Positions 38,148 through 53,269 of a stretch of 64,000 nt of DNA are shown here, in pieces; within the stretch, counting starts at the first letter, position 1; each line of letters begins with the position of its first letter. Position numbers and translations under genes: made by a program. The stretch spans positions 98,787-162,786 of the forward strand of contig CBFFRP010000110.1 in the NCBI GenBank assembly GCA_965644295.1, written 5' to 3'. Origin of the DNA: Paraphysomonas bandaiensis. Its lineage: Eukaryota; Protista; Chrysophyceae. The notes under the pieces are model-generated. The model made no database searches, was not told where the DNA came from, and saw nothing but the letters and a program-made list of their open reading frames with translations.

Positions 38148-39662
38148 ATGTCTCTGAGTGTTGATTCTAAGAAAGATTTCACAGCTGAAGTTCAGGTATA
38201 GAGCATGTGTATGGCGTGTATTGCATGACGATGTGTCTTGTAGACTGCCAAAGCGGAGTCGGTGCAAATCGCAGACTCGAAAGGTATTGATGAAGCAATT
38301 GTTTATCTATTAGGCTTAGAAAAAAAGTGCCGCACGAATAATGACTTTCATAATCTTAAGGAAATATGCCTGCATATGGTACGCCTGTGTCATGACAGGA
38401 AGGATTGGGCTAAACTCAACTCAACACTTGTCGTTATAAACAAGAGGAGAGCCCAAAATAAATTGGCGGTAACTGCAATAGTTCATGAGGCATTGACATA
38501 TGTCGATGAAACTCCTAGTGAAGCAGAGAAAATTGCATTAATACGAACTCTAATGGACATATGTGAGGGGAAGATATATGTCGAAGCTGAGAGCGCGCGA
38601 CTTCATTTAATGCTTGCTTTTATTTATGAAAATAAAGGAAATATTGGCGATGCTTGTGATATTATTCAAGATGTCCATGTCGAGACGTATGGTTCGATCC
38701 CACGCGAAGAGAAAGCTGAGTATATTTTCCATCAAACCCGTCTAAATATCTTGAACAAAGATTACGTTCGAGCCCTAATTCAATCACGCAAGATGAATAG
38801 GTAAGAGCTACGTATACAAGAATTATATTTTTGATACAGTGATCAGAAAAACTCTTGAGGAAGCAACCTTTCAAGACGTTAAGGTTAAGTTTTATCGTCT
38901 AATGACTGAATATTATTCGCACGAGAAAGACTGTTGGGAAGTCAGTCAGTGCTATTACAAGGTATAAGCCTTTTATAATTTAGTCATATATGAATGAATT
39001 TAATTCACTGTAATTTATTAGATCTGTGATACGCCTATAATTCGGGATGATAAAATTGAATTCGAGCAAGCACTCAAGAATTCTATCGCCTTCCTCATTC
39101 TCGCAAAGCATGACAATCATCGCAGTGACATGATGCATCGACTTCACCAGCAGAAGGAGGTTCAGCAGATTTCTGCTTTTTCGAAAGTACTTGATATGTT
39201 TACAACCACGGAAGTGATTGCCTTTCCATTTGAATTTCAGGTAACATTTCTATTATTCCATCTTATCTCCTGAGTGTTCTGTAGCCTGAAATTGAAGCTG
39301 CAATCAAACAAAGTCTCCCCCTACCTTCTCAAGCAGAAGAGTTTATTAAGCTGTTGCATACTCGTGTGACAGAGCATAACATACGTGTGCTACGGTCGTA
39401 TTATTCTCGTATTGGATCCTCACGTATGGCACAAATGCTGGGCCTTACTGTCGATGCATTGGAAGACCACTTGTCTGAAATGTCTGCAAATGGGGACATA
39501 TCTGTTAAAATTGATAGACCTGTTGGTATCGTTGTTTTTTCTGAAAGTTCTACAGCCGAAGAAGTCATGAGTGATTGGGCATCAAGTGTAAGTAGTATGC
39601 TATCCCTGATGGAATCAACATGCCACCTCATCAACAGAGAAAACATGGTCAACAGACTGTAG
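38148..39662 (+). CDS. RPN5: 26S proteasome regulatory subunit RPN5/PSMD12
   Basis: LLGLEKKCR, EGKIYVEAESARL, DVHVETYGS, RVTEHNIRVLRSYYSRI, KIDRPVGIV, TCHLINRENM; 4 introns. Confidence 0.95.
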
Positions 39663-40339
39663 TTGGAATGTGCCGATTGTCGTAGATGGTATACAAGCAT
39701 GTAAGTTGGTGACATTTCTTGTTGCCATTCCCATTTCTTGGCCAATAGCATTAATTTCTAGCAATCAACGAATTACTGCAGACTGATTGTCAAATGTAAT
39801 GATACTAATTTCACGCGGTAAGTCATCAGTGTGTTAAGCATTTACTCGGCAAGCATCAAAATTCACACTTTCATGAAGTAGGTTAACACTCATAGATTAC
39901 TCTAGATACAATTTAGAAAAAGCTACAATCTAGATAAAGCAAGTAGCTACTTCAAAGCGTTTTCGGAGATTTTGCAGAATTTTACTCCTACATACAACAC
40001 AGTTTGTCTGAGAACGAGTTAATTGGACTAGAAATAGGTTAGACTCTCAATCTTGATGTAGCTAAGGTATTGGTTGGCTTCATATGATATTATTAGTTGT
40101 CACTTCTACATCCCATACGATATAAACATACAATTACTTAATTAAAGGTTATACTATTTTACGCCAACTCTTGTAGTCGTAGAACAATAGTTATCAAAGT
40201 AGAAAATAGGTACTTCCGTATATCGTATATCCGTAATTATATATATATATATAACAAGGTATGAACCCGCAAAGCGCAAAGTATAATATATATATTACAA
40301 TGACAATATAATAGATCGTTGCTCAAAGTATGTTTGAAC

Positions 40340-41140
40340 CAGGGCTAGGAAACAATATATTGAATTGCAATACATTGTACAATATATTGTAAAATATATT
40401 GATTGGTCGACCGGCCAAAAATCCCATCAATATTGTTTCTGTTAAAGTAGCTCACAATATATTGCAATATATTGCAATCAATATGATGATAGTCATATAA
40501 GAGAAGATTCTCAACTGTAGGGTGCAAAATGGATATAAATAACAGAGAAATTGATTACAACATTACAAAAGATGATGAAGCTGATGTTCAATGTTGACTA
40601 CGCGAATAAAAATCTTCAGTCAGCTCAAAAAATTTAGAAACGTATAGGTCCACGAGTCATTAACGGTTACCAGGCCCTGGTATGTACTTCCAATACATGG
40701 GAACGTCTGTTCAGCGCAGCTAAAAATATTATTATATCAGTGTTGCGCAAAAGTATCCATCCTACTTAATATGCTGTTGTTTCTGAAAGCTATTCGACAG
40801 ATGTGGCCGGATACTATCATATTTCGATTAATACTGTGGATGAATATGGTGATGTTGACTTCACCAATGATGGCTCAGAGGATGAGGACGAGGTGGATTT
40901 TTATTAGCTATAAGCAGTAGTTGGTTTGGTTGTCATGTGATCTTAATGACTAACACTAAAAATGGAATCTACGGATGTGTTTACTTACTGATTAGTCATA
41001 CTAATATATTGCAATACATTGACAATATATTGCAATAATATATTGTAATTGTATTGTTGGGCCTGTTTAAAATCTCCATCAATACTATTGATGGAACGCT
41101 ATCTAACAATAGTATTGCAATATATTGTTTCCTAGCCCTG
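40340..41140 (+). mobile_element. hAT family-1 non-autonomous element, complete (801 bp)
   Basis: Perfect TIRs CAGGGCTAGGAAACAATATATTG and 8-bp TSD GTTTGAAC (40332-40339, 41141-41148). Internal transposase C-terminal remnant ERLFSAAKNII..SVLRKSIHPT..MLLFLK at 40701-40790. Confidence 0.92.
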
Positions 41141-41283
41141 GTTTGAACCGTGTTTGTAGAGGGTGATAAAATTTGAAGCGTGGCGGAATATATATTATAG
41201 AGTTTATAACATAGTTTATGGAGTACCGATGATAATAGACAAGGAATTTTGAGAAGGGTTTTCGAGTTTCATATAATATGTAT

Positions 41284-41408
41284 CAGGGATAGGGAACAAT
41301 ATATTGTATTGCAATAGTATTGTAGGGCCGGTTTAAAAAATCCATCAATACTATTGATGGAACGCTACCTAACAATAGTATTGCAATATATTGTTCCCTA
41401 TATCCCTG
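41284..41408. mobile_element. 125-bp miniature hAT family-1 element
   Basis: TIRs CAGGGATAGGGAACAATATATTG / CAATATATTGTTCCCTATATCCCTG; flanks ATATGTAT / ATAAGTAT (8-bp TSD, 1 mismatch). Confidence 0.85.
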
Positions 41409-42113
41409 ATAAGTATTGTGCAGTCAGGGCAGTGTAACAATTACTTGTTGATCCATTGACGCATATTGTAATCAAATATTATTTCCCGACCAGTTAATTG
41501 ATACTAAACTAGTACCTGTACGCTACTAGTAGCTTCCAACGTCGCTTGCTCAACTATATCCATACATATCTTGCTTTCTGTTTATTGAAGAAATAGGCAT
41601 ACCTTGAGATTAACTTAAGAGAACACATGAAAAATCAATGTATTGTTTCAAATTAATGGTATCTACGCATTCATATATCAGCTGAGAGAATAGCAATTGT
41701 ACTAGATTAACTCAAAACAATATATATCACCAAATTTTAAAGTACTCCTACCACAGAAGGATGCTAGCAAAGTTGGCGTTTGGCGAATTGTCAGCTGTGA
41801 AGTATTGCAATTCGCACATAAGTGTGATGATGAATGTGAAAATTGTAGTTGCACGAAGTTTCTTGTCGTTGTTGGCATCATCACATTCATGAACATCACG
41901 CTAAATCCATGCTAGTGTATTTAACTAAAATGCTGTGTAGTTATCATACACAACGTAACCCAAGCCCTAAAAGGACTGGTGGGTGGGTTCCACTGTTTCA
42001 AATCACATTAAGCAGTCGTAGTGGATGTCTTATTATTTGCAATAGGCGTGTAAGAGTCAGAACAAAGTTAGCATTGCCATTTATTAACTATAACTAGTGC
42101 TTAACTCTGATAT

Positions 42114-42792
42114 GGGATCTATTATTGGACCTAAAGTCGATGGTAAGTAAAAACCTGGTCTAAGTACTACAATCTGGTCAAACTACTACATTTGTGTACG
42201 AATATGTAAATCGAACATGGATTACGCATTGTGATGAGTGCATATCGTCTTGGAATCGCTTTGTGCTACTGTGTTGTATTATATTTTAAAAGAATGTTTT
42301 AAACTGGCCGTATTTCTGCGTACTATAAGTGTAGTTACGTATAAGTGTAGTTACGTAACTACATATAGTCAAAAATCATTATTGCTTTTTATAAAAAGAA
42401 ATTACATAATAATATATATAATATAATATATATAAACAATTATCACTACCTTCGTTTTCTTTTCCCACTGATCACATTACTATCATCTAATGCTCCCTGT
42501 ATCTTTCAATTTCTCACTCTCACTGACAACACCACTTCATAATATATAAACAATTATCACTACCTTAGTCAAATTGGTGTAATTTCCTAGTCACACCAAA
42601 ATTGGTGTAAAAACCTAGTCAAGCAGTTGAAAAACCTAGTCATTTAATAATTCATATTTTTAGTTTACAATGACTAGATGTTTATGCTATTCACCTAGTC
42701 AAAACGTTGACTAGGTTGAGTCATTTATTACTTTGACTAGGTTATTCCACCAAAAATAGCGTGACTAGGTAATTCAACCAATGATATTTCCC
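42114..42792. mobile_element. MULE/Mutator-like non-autonomous element inserted in an R1 repeat
   Basis: 9-bp TSD CTCTGATAT (42105-42113, 42793-42801). Imperfect TIRs GGGATCTATTATTGG / CCAATGATATTTCCC. Subterminal array of CCTAGTCA/TGACTAGG motifs. R1 resumes seamlessly after it. Confidence 0.75.
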
Positions 42793-43509
42793 CTCTGATA
42801 TTATCCTCTATTTTGCGCTAGAAAAGCTGCTTGTGTGTCACCGCAAGTACCAAGATTCAACCACTTTCGCTCTGGGCCTATCACTCAAAGGGTGATAATT
42901 ATAATATATATTATAATGAAATCACATTGAAATAATAAATATGGGTGTCAATATCGTAATATAGTACATAGCTACTGTTCGTAAGGTTGAATTTGAACTT
43001 CTATACATGCCCGGTACGAATAAGAGTATGTTTTGTTGAACCTAATTCAGGCAACAAAGTGAGGAAACTAATATACATTCCAATTATAACTTGCCAGTGC
43101 CGAATTGATGGTATTTCTAAATTTTCAATTAAATACAAAACTTGACTATTTTAGATGAATTTTCACTACCAATTATAACTTGCTATCCCGATTTCAATTA
43201 ATCTACACGCGGTCCTGATATTGTGTCTCGAATAGAGTTGTGAGTTATCACTGAGAATTAATGTTGTATCAGTTCAAAATGGCCAATTTAAATTTTACAC
43301 CTTATTACACTTTTCGCCTCAAAACTTACAGGGCTACTCAATCCTATTGAGAAATGACACTATAGTAAAACGCAAATGAGAACTGTTAAACTTACTACTT
43401 GTCGCAGCTGATTCATATCGTGATCACATTGGTAATTAACAATCACTATCAGAGAAAACACTGGCTACAAGGCTACAGCAATGAATTATTCAGCCGACAT
43501 CAAAGACAA

Positions 43510-45543
43510 TTATTTTGATTTCACATCGGGCATGCTTGTGTTTCGCCGTAGTATAGAAGCTTGCACTGCGGCAGGAGTAGGTGGGGCATCAGCAGGTTTG
43601 CGATTATGTTGCATGTGTGACCGGACGAGGTGATTAGCAGCAAGTGCGGCCATGAGAGAGAGCTCACCCGCAAGTACAGACGCACCAACAATTTGAGCTA
43701 GTTTGCGCGCATTATCACCAGCAGAAATACGAGACGCACCACGCACACCGCATATCTCTAAGCACCCACTCTGTGCAGGCAGGTGAGTACCTCCTCCGAC
43801 TGTACCGACCTCAATAGATGGCATCGTAACAGACACATGCAGGGAGGAACCATCTTCAGCATATTCCATAATTGTGAGACAGTTGCTTGACTCAACGTTT
43901 TGGGCGGGATCTTGACCAGTTGCAAGATAAACAGCAGTGACTATGTTGGCAGCATGAGCATTAAAACCACCAATAGAACCAGCCATGGCCGAGCCGATGT
44001 GATTCTTCTGCTTATTGCTTTCAATAATATCATGGACCGAAGTTTTCAGAACAGATTTAACCACTTTCTCCGGAATAACAGCCTCAACTACGACACTTTT
44101 CCCACGTCCTAGTATCCAATTGACAGCAGAAGGCTTTTTATCTGTGCAGTAGTTACCACTTATAGCAACCAAAACCAAATCCGGGAATTCACACTCCAGC
44201 AATTCAATTGCCTTTAAACAACCTTTAGATACCATATTCATGCCCATAGCGTCTCCGCTCATGCACGCAAATCGAAGATAAACATTCCTTCCGGCAATGG
44301 TTGCCGTAACAGACTCAAGCAAGCCATAATTAGTGGTCGAATTAAAGGCTTCCTCAATACGTTTGTAATTAGCAGGTACTTCAACCCATTTCTTCAAGGC
44401 AGCTGCACGAATAGCTGTCGGAAATCGTAAGCACGGCGCACGAGTTATTGCATCCTTGAGCAAAATTGCACTGCATCCACCTGACGCGGTGATCGCTTTA
44501 CACCCTCTGTTGGTAGAGGCGACAAGACAGCCTTCCGTGGTTGCCATAGGAATATATACAGGTTCATTGTTCATCACTAGAGGCCCGACAATGCCTACGG
44601 GAATCGGGATATACCCAACAACGATCTCACAATTGGCCCCAAATACTTTGTCATAATCATATCCAGCGTAAGGAATCTGATCAAGCTTCTTACTCAATGT
44701 GTTTTCGTATAGGAGCCGACGAACTGCCACAGCTCGCTCAGTATTACCCAGTTTCTTCTCCAATTGATAATCTTTCAATGATCCGTCCAAAAGATGGCCA
44801 AGAACTTCCTCGTCACTGAGCTCCGCATACACAACATTTTCATCTGCAGGAGCAGATGTTCGAGTAGACTCAGGTGGCTGAGTTGACACACTTGCCTTAG
44901 GAAGGTTTTTCTCGGCACAGATCAGAGTGTCATTCATAGGTTTTGGAAATGGCTTAACAGTTGCCACTTTCGATGACTCACCAGCAACACTACTGTTAGA
45001 AAATTTGTTGTTAGACCCTTCTGCCACGAAATGAACCTGCAAATACGTCTAAGCTTAACTTTCAAGAACACACAAAAAATTACCTCGGATAATCCCAAAG
45101 AAGACGGAGAGCGTGATAAGGTGTCTTGGTCTAAGAATGAAATTCCAAAAAACCCAAAGAAATACGCTAAGCATAAGCACCAAAGAAACATCATAGCCAA
45201 AAAGAAAGGGCTAGCGCCTTGAGACATTGTCTGGTGATAATTTATCGCCGCATAAGCAATGCTACCAATAAATACTGCCAAAACAACATAATTCATTGCT
45301 CTTAATACTTCCCACTTTGGCATAGGCTATAAGCAAATATCAATTAACTACTACTGTCATATAAAATATAATACATACCCCTTTCGATGCACTGTCACGT
45401 GACGATTGCGAATCTCTCTGAGTCATTGACGCATTTATGAAACTTAATGTCGCAAACACAACTGTGGCGACGATTATAGTCATACCATGGGCCTCTAGAA
45501 ATATGGCCCCATTTTGAAGAAAATAAGTTAAAGTGTCTGACAT
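43510..45543 (-). CDS. HMGR: Class I HMG-CoA reductase with N-terminal membrane anchor (2 introns)
   Basis: ANCEIVVGYIPIPVG, PMATTEGCLVASTNRGCKAI, GDAMGMNMVSKG, SGNYCTDKKP, GFNAHAAN, GQDPAQNVESS, EVGTVGGGT, HLVRSHM; three hydrophobic segments in exons 1-2. Confidence 0.96.
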
Positions 45544-46564
45544 AACTGTATTGGGAACACTGAACACTCGTGTTTATTCTATCGTAAACACTAACACGCA
45601 GCTCAAGTTTTCTATGTACGAGAACAAGAGGAGCAACACACCAGTTCCTGAATAGTTTGTTTCTACACCTCTAGTCAGATTTAACTGGTGAATGGGATAT
45701 TTATGTGTCTAGTGTTAGGGTTACACATGTGATTATGGGAGAGATGGTTTCGTCGACTGGGAACATGCAAACCTCAGCAACCTTCACATTCAACAGCTAG
45801 CCGTATCTTAGGAAGACGCAGCTAAAAGAAAAATGAAAAGTGTGAAAAATATTGCTGTACATTGTGTACAGCAGTATATACAGAGTGTATAATCCATCAT
45901 CCCAAATCACAACACTGGATTGTTTTTTTCTCAGGCCACTTAAATGAAAACCCACCTTTTTTATAATGACTTCAACCAAGAAAATCATCGTCCCAATTGT
46001 TTTGAGGACATGGATCGTCCAGTAGAATCATTAACTACTTCTCACAGAGTTTACGCTTTGTACAGGGATGCTGCATACAAACCAATGGCGAATGTTATTG
46101 AGTACACCTTCTCCCATAGCTCATATACTTATTTTTTGTCTTCTGATGAAAAGAATTATTTGCTATTAGTTATGCTACTTGGTGTCAATAGACAGTCTAT
46201 CTTATTATACTCTATGTCAAGTTACTTTGCTTTCATATGAACGCCGGAAATACGGGTTGCTCGCATCACACACTCCTAGCAGTTTTGTTTTTGTAGAGCC
46301 CTTCGTCATTTGCAATCAATTTTTGAGTACACACACACCTACGAAATATACACAGCTAATCCCAGATGACTCTGTATCCTCATGCCATCTACCACAACTT
46401 TGCATTCTGAATGCAGCAATTCATGTAGACTTTTTGTGAGCTTCACTTCTAACACTGGTTTAAATGAACAATGCACGTGAGCAACCTTAATTAGTTACTT
46501 AATTAGCGTTGAATTCGGCTTCATCAGCACTACTTATTTATGTGCTCGACATGCATTGAGCGAA

Positions 46565-46960
46565 ACTAGAGACTAGCATTGACGCAGCCAACCCCATTCT
46601 TTATGGATAGCAAAAGATTTGTCGGGAACCCCAGTCTACCATAAACGATCAACGTACATTCAGATAAAGTGCCATTACGTATGTGAGCATGTAAAAGGCA
46701 AGTTTTCAACAGCCCGGTTGATACCCGTATCAACAAAAAACATAGCTGCCGACATATTGATAAAAAAAATCTTCTAAGTTGTTTAAACTTTATGAAGAAA
46801 CTGTTACAGGGGTAAGAAGAGAAGTATTTCAAACAAAAGTAGAAGAAAACCAGAAGTAGAATTCAAAGAGAGTAATTAATAAAGCCTACGTCACTTTGAT
46901 ACAGCGAGTGTGAGGTACACAGTATCTTTATGAAGATTTCACATCCATTTATCCTATAAT
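46565..46960 (+). pseudogene. copia RNase H and 3' UTR remnant of the same family as 1-4536
   Basis: LALTQPTPFFMDSK..PVYHKRSTYIQIK and ACAGTATCTTTATGAAGATTT match 3770-4190. Confidence 0.85.
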
Positions 46961-47328
46961 AATAGTATTACTAGATTGAAATGAAATGTATAGCATTGCA
47001 ATGTCAGGTATAATAAGATTCTACTTGCTCACCACTGCGTTTGCTTTGAGAGATATAGCGAAAGTGGTTGCACCTTGGTGCTTGTGGTGACACACAACCA
47101 GATTACGTAGCATTAAACAGTAGGATATCAGAGTTAATTACCTGTTAGTAAAATTGCAATGCTATACTTTTCAAATTGCAAATAATAAGACATTCACTAC
47201 TGGGATTACTTCTTAGCGCATATTAATAATATCAAGAAAGGTAGGGCTGTGTTAATTTCCTAATGCATCTGATAGCGTCTTGGATTATGGGGTTCAACAT
47301 AGGCGGGGGAGTAGTTCATAGTTTATAA

Positions 47329-48145
47329 CAGGGCTGCGTAACAATTAATTGCAAATGTTTTTTTGAAATTTAATTGCAATTATTAGTTATAGCTCGCGCA
47401 ATTATAATTGCAATTATTGCAATTAATTGCAATTAATTGCAATTTAATTGTGCCAATTATTGTCTAATTAACTTGGTTACTCATTGTAAACACGTATAGC
47501 ATCTTCAACAGTATGATGATATTATTGACAGAGTATGATATTTACATGGTCAAAACTCTAAATATCCAGGCTTTCGTCTGCAAAAAATAGTAGAAAGTCC
47601 TGATAATCCATGTCCATAGCGCTGCACATCCAGTTCGTAGTGCGATTTAACCCTGCAGTGTCCTGTAAGGCATCCAAGATCGGAAGAACATGATTGCCAC
47701 ACTATATATATCTTCAACTAGAGGGGTATTGAGCAATACATATACACTATGGATCGAGCTGAACTAAGTGAACTAAGTTCTGTAGCTCAAAATCAAGAGG
47801 AAAGACACATAATCGACCGTTATAAAAAACAGTACCTTTCTTAATGTAAAGAAAACGTTATAATGAGAGGCCAACCTTCCCACTATTGTAATTGCCATTG
47901 TAATTGCCATTGTAATAGCCATTAAGGGAAATAAATGGCCATCGTCCTTAATGTTTTGCAACTTCTAATTCTAATATTATATGCTCTTATACTATATAGT
48001 TCATAATTGCCAATTAATTGCAATTTAATTGCAACCTTACAGCGAGCAATTATAATTGCAATTATTACGTATGTTCCATGCATTTTAATTGCAATTACTA
48101 TTAATTGCAACTAACTGCAATTCGATTAATTGTTTCGCAGCCCTG
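47329..48145. mobile_element. hAT family-2 non-autonomous element, complete (817 bp)
   Basis: TIRs CAGGGCTGCGTAACAATTAAT / ATTAATTGTTTCGCAGCCCTG; perfect 8-bp TSD GTTTATAA (47321-47328, 48146-48153); subterminal AATTGC arrays. Confidence 0.92.
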
Positions 48146-48403
48146 GTTTATAATGAGGATTCCACGTTTCCATTATGCACTAAAGTTGGCGTGACAAGAA
48201 GATACAATCATTATGACTAGAAAATACATCCCTATGTAATATTTTAGTACTACTATAGCCTATATCATATCCATTTCCAATGTCATGAATCATGAACTGG
48301 TTACGATTACAACTCTAGACTTATCAACGATGCGGCAATAACAGCTACCACACTATTACACTACGATTAGAAGTACATACACCGAAGAAGGGTCAATATC
48401 CCA

Positions 48404-49587
48404 TCAGGATCTCTCGGCTTTCGCTTTCGTATCATTCTGAGTACTGCTACCTTTTGTCGTCTTTGTGGACGAAGCCGAGCTCCCAGACACATCGGTAGAT
48501 GGCGCGACAGAGACAGCCTGTTTGGCACTGCTTCCCCTAGAAGTGGTCGGCCCCTGAATGGCAGTCGGAGGAGGTGCCGTCATTCCGATATGGGCAATTT
48601 CCGCATCGATCCTGAGGATTCTAGCTTTTGCCGCTGTATACATCATACACGTGACTAATACTGACAACAATTCACAGATAGCCTACATTCAATCTCCCGA
48701 GTTATATGGTCGTGGATAGATGAAAGATGTTGTAGGTCGCTGTCCTCATCAAAAACAGTGTAATGTTCCTGCGAAGGGCTAAGTACAGAGCAAAAGTGAC
48801 AACAGAGCAGGCTTAGCATACCGTCATGCGGGTGATAGGTCTATCTTTGGGCGCTGTGTACATCATTAGGTCTGCAGAGAACTCCTTTGTTGGATTGGTG
48901 AACACTATTTCGTCGTAGAACTCATGCATAACAGGCTGCCATCATCACAAATCACAGAACTTATTGAAATCAAGAGTACTGACTTTCTTCACGCTCATCT
49001 GCTGACCGCCGCCAGGATAGAGTTTTATAGGATGCAAAATGTCCACTGGCTATAAAACTTTTAGCGTTGTAGAACTGATAGTACCCTGCACGTACCCGCT
49101 CGTCCGAATCCTTAAAAAATATCCGAATTCCTGCTTCGAATTCTCCCCATCCCATCTCCGTCACTTCGTACGGAGGCTCAGTTATTTCTATGTAAGGTAA
49201 GCGCGAAAGCGGAAGTCACATATACGAACCTCTCACTGGAACCTCGAAACTAGGGTGTAAGCTAAAAATAATTTTCGAGACAAAACATGAAAGATCCTCA
49301 TCATTTGGTCCTCGCACAAATACTGTTGATATGTAAACAGTTATTGCAATAATGTGTACAAAGTCGACTTTACATGTCCATTTGTGAGTAGCGAATTCAT
49401 GAGCCTGTGGGTCGAATATGTGAGCTTCATATACAAGTTTTGAAATTTGCACGAACCTTACGTCCCATCCATACAGACATAGATCCATATACAATGGGGC
49501 ATGCAATCTATTACATCAAAATCACTTGACAAACACAATGCAATTACTATTAACTGTGGTATCTTCGAGGCGTCTCTTTTTCGTCAT
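48404..49587 (-). CDS. YEATS4: YEATS-domain protein Yaf9/GAS41/YEATS4
   Basis: Spliced [20 protein letters not shown]...[31 protein letters not shown]...[21 protein letters not shown]...[15 protein letters not shown]; 8 introns. Confidence 0.93.
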
Positions 49588-50043
49588 CGTGAGAATGAAA
49601 CTAGAAAGAAGTCTCCAACCAAAATAAGTAATAGAGGGGTGATCAACTCAGAATGAAGATAAGCGCAACAATATGTCAGAGTAGCTTTAAGTTAAGTTGT
49701 GAAATAACAAGAAACACCGTGATGCTTTCTCGCACATCGCACACACAGAGACCTGTATACCCATTTTTCGAGCCATACATATCTAATAATACCCAGGTTT
49801 TACACTCTAATATATCGTACTGTAATTGGTTTTTGGACCTATTTTTCGGAAAACTGCGCATAGCAGAGGAGAATCAACAGCACTGCCCTCTCATGAAAGG
49901 AGGAACCGTGGGCCCTTATATAGCCAACCTATAACTATGGAGGTGTACGTTGAAATGAGGGCCACATGAGAATTAGTGCATCGTAACCAAGTGTATCTGA
50001 ATGGAATGAGCACTGTCATGACATCACTCTGATCATCATTATC

Positions 50044-52029
<1,986 letters not shown>

Positions 52030-52602
52030 TTTGCTAATTTCTAGTGATCTAGACTTAGTGTGCTTTTTGTACTGTATTGAATACTATGAGATGTGATATT
52101 CCAATATTCTGGCAAATTATTAGCCGCATTAATTTTACCGTCAGAGCGGCAATCCACGCGAAAATATATAACAAAAACAAAATTGTTGTTACCCCCGTAT
52201 AAAGCATTGCGCAGTTGGAGTGAAGTAATGACTCGGCAGTATAATACCTGCATACTAAATGCACAGAGAATATAAACAATTAGCTACAGTATGATAGTAT
52301 ACCATTATATAGTGTATGATGACAATACGGTGTAGCACAGACTCTTAAATAGTAGTGTGGTGAAAGCGTCTATATTGGAGGTTTGAGTTCACTTCTTATC
52401 TGCACGCTCATTTCGTGCAATGTAACTGTTCAATAATCATGAGTGACTGATGACTATTATCACTATTGGCTCTACAATACTTGCATGCACATCAGTAATG
52501 AACCTTATTATCCATGATCAGTTCAAAATATATAGTAATTAAGAAACTTTAGGAAAGCAGCAGTTGCTATTAGCTACATAGTATATATGATATATATATT
52601 AT

Positions 52603-53225
52603 TAGTGAATGTCTGATTATTGGCAATATTGGCGTGTAAGAGTCAGAACTAATGTAGCAAAGCAATTTATATAACCAGTGCTTAACTCTGATATGCAACT
52701 CTATTGAACGCTACGTAAGCTGCTTGTGCTCATGTGCGTCACCGAAAGCACCAAGGTGCAACCACTTTTACTCTCTGTCCTTAAAAGGTGAACAGCCCGG
52801 ATGCTTGACTTACTTCGCCAATGCTCAAAGACATCTACAGAAGTGACACCTCTTATTAGTGTCCCACGTACCACACAAGCAGAACAATATCTGCTGACTA
52901 TTGTTTCCCGGAGAAATATCTTTCTCCCAGAACACCCCGAAAGGTGGGATTGTGTATTATTGTGTATGTATACTGGCGTATAGCACTAACACTTACTTAA
53001 AGCTGTACTTTAAGATTTTTGATTTATTTTGACCCTCAGCAAAGTCGGACTCGCACCTTGGTGCTTGCGGTGACGCACAAGCAGCTTACGTAGCCTTAAA
53101 TAGCAAACAGCATGCAGTATGATATATATAGAGTTAAGCACTAGTTAGTTAAAAAGCAATACTACTTTAGTTCTGACTCTTACACGCTTCTATTGCTACA
53201 GTAATAATAAAATCAAAATATATTG
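52603..53225. repeat. R1(+) / R2 / R1(-) composite fold-back repeat
   Basis: R1 at 52603-52775; R2 at 52781-52945 starting TTAAAAGGTGAACAGCCCG; inverted R1 at 53040-53225. Confidence 0.75.
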
Positions 53226-53269
53226 ACTGCTTAAGATCGTCGTGTCTATCTAAGATCTGTTTATAATAT

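Noticed and set aside
42560-42780. CRISPR-like array of short repeats
   Set aside because: The motifs are 8 bp, irregularly spaced, in both orientations and inside a TSD-flanked element; eukaryotic context with no cas genes.
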